50,990 nt of DNA, taken from positions 1 through 50,990 of IMG/VR virus record IMGVR_UViG_3300037851_000037; one strand, written 5' to 3'. The translations under genes were made by a program, and so were the position numbers. Position 1 is the first letter of the stretch. Each line of letters begins with the position of its first letter. Source of the stretch: a virus. The notes beneath the pieces are model-generated. The model was not told where the DNA came from. It was given only the letters and a program-made list of their open reading frames with translations, and ran no database searches. Positions 50,625 through 50,990 of the stretch are shown here, in pieces.

Positions 50625-50948
50625 ATGATTCGGTCAAAACAAACCAGGACATCGGCGGTCGCCGTCCGGTCGTTTACCGGAAAAGAAGGGCGATTACGTC
50701 CTGGACAGCGATTCGAAACGACCGTCGCGCGCCTGGACGAATTACGGCGCGCCGGACTTGCGCGCGCCGTAAACGAAAAAGCGGTTGCCGCGCCGTCGAA
50801 TAAAATGGTTTCGCCGCCGAAAAACAAGGCGGCGTTTTCCGTTTCGCCCGCGCCCGCGTCGTCCGACCAGGGCGACCAGGGCGACCAGTCGCCGCCCGCG
50901 CCCGCGCCCGCGAAATCCCCGAAAAAGGGGAAAAGAAAAAGGGGTTAA
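50625..50948 (+). CDS. Small basic / low-complexity protein (107 aa) downstream of the capsid gene
   Basis: SD acagggggacaggATG. The C-terminus is SSDQGDQGDQSPPAPAPAKSPKKGKRKRG. Its 3' end lies in the terminal repeat. Confidence 0.6.
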   Translation: MIRSKQTRTSAVAVRSFTGKEGRLRPGQRFETTVARLDELRRAGLARAVNEKAVAAPSNKMVSPPKNKAAFSVSPAPASSDQGDQGDQSPPAPAPAKSPKKGKRKRG

Positions 50949-50990
50949 TCGATGATACAAACGAAACAGGCGTTCGCCGTTCGGGATGAA

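Noticed and set aside
50864-50890. 9-bp tandem repeat gaccagggc x3 (DQGDQGDQ)
   Set aside because: It is short coding low-complexity within the 107-aa protein, with no independent significance apparent.
1-50990. Lysogeny module (integrase, repressor, att site), or the possibility that the window is a prophage in a bacterial chromosome
   Set aside because: No integrase, recombinase or CI-like ORF was recognised. The terminal overlap closes the genome with phage genes only.
1-50990. Alternative genetic code or stop-codon reassignment as the cause of the odd codon usage
   Set aside because: All long ORFs are uninterrupted under the standard code and end in ordinary stops, mostly TAA. TGA and TAG are merely rare.

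Overview
The window is a complete tailed dsDNA phage genome. Bases 1-127 are identical to 50864-50990, so the unique length is 50,863 bp, either circular or circularly permuted. The 127-bp overlap looks like an assembly closure. The genome has two divergent transcription units separated by a ~700-bp non-coding control region (41512-42298).

(1) The rightward (+) late unit runs 42299 -> end/start -> 21053. It encodes:
- packaging and head: terS, terL, an HK97-type portal, a MuF/SPP1-gp7-like head protein fused to an HExxH metalloprotease domain, a prohead protease/scaffold, an HK97-fold major capsid protein and a head-proximal fibre;
- head-tail joining and tail: connector proteins, contractile-tail sheath and tube, a tail chaperone with a canonical -1 frameshift site, and the tape measure;
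- baseplate: hub, spike, gp25-like, J-like and DUF2612-like proteins;
- a tail fibre with a C1q-like tip, and a lysis cassette.

(2) The leftward (-) early unit runs 41511 -> 21050. It encodes:
- many small proteins, often zinc ribbons, including a tandem Lar-like protein;
- a P-loop-less ComM-like protein and a DUF1937-like protein;
- an SNF2 helicase, an HNH endonuclease, a PrimPol, a DnaQ-like exonuclease, two UvrD-like SF1 helicases, a family A DNA polymerase and a VRR-NUC nuclease;
- an operon-embedded tRNA-Leu(UAA).

No integrase, repressor, methyltransferase, CRISPR array or rRNA was recognised.

The most unusual signals are:
- an extreme composition and codon regime: CpG about 2x enriched, CA/TG and AG/CT suppressed except inside CCWGG, TTA-Leu plus its own tRNA, almost only TAA stops, and GATC and GGCC nearly absent;
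- a triplicated early promoter with a conserved spacer, and a triplicated 5'-UTR box;
- an AT-rich control region with opposed TGATAT arrays around a 12-bp palindrome.

Every call comes from reading the sequence and the ORF translations. No database search was run.
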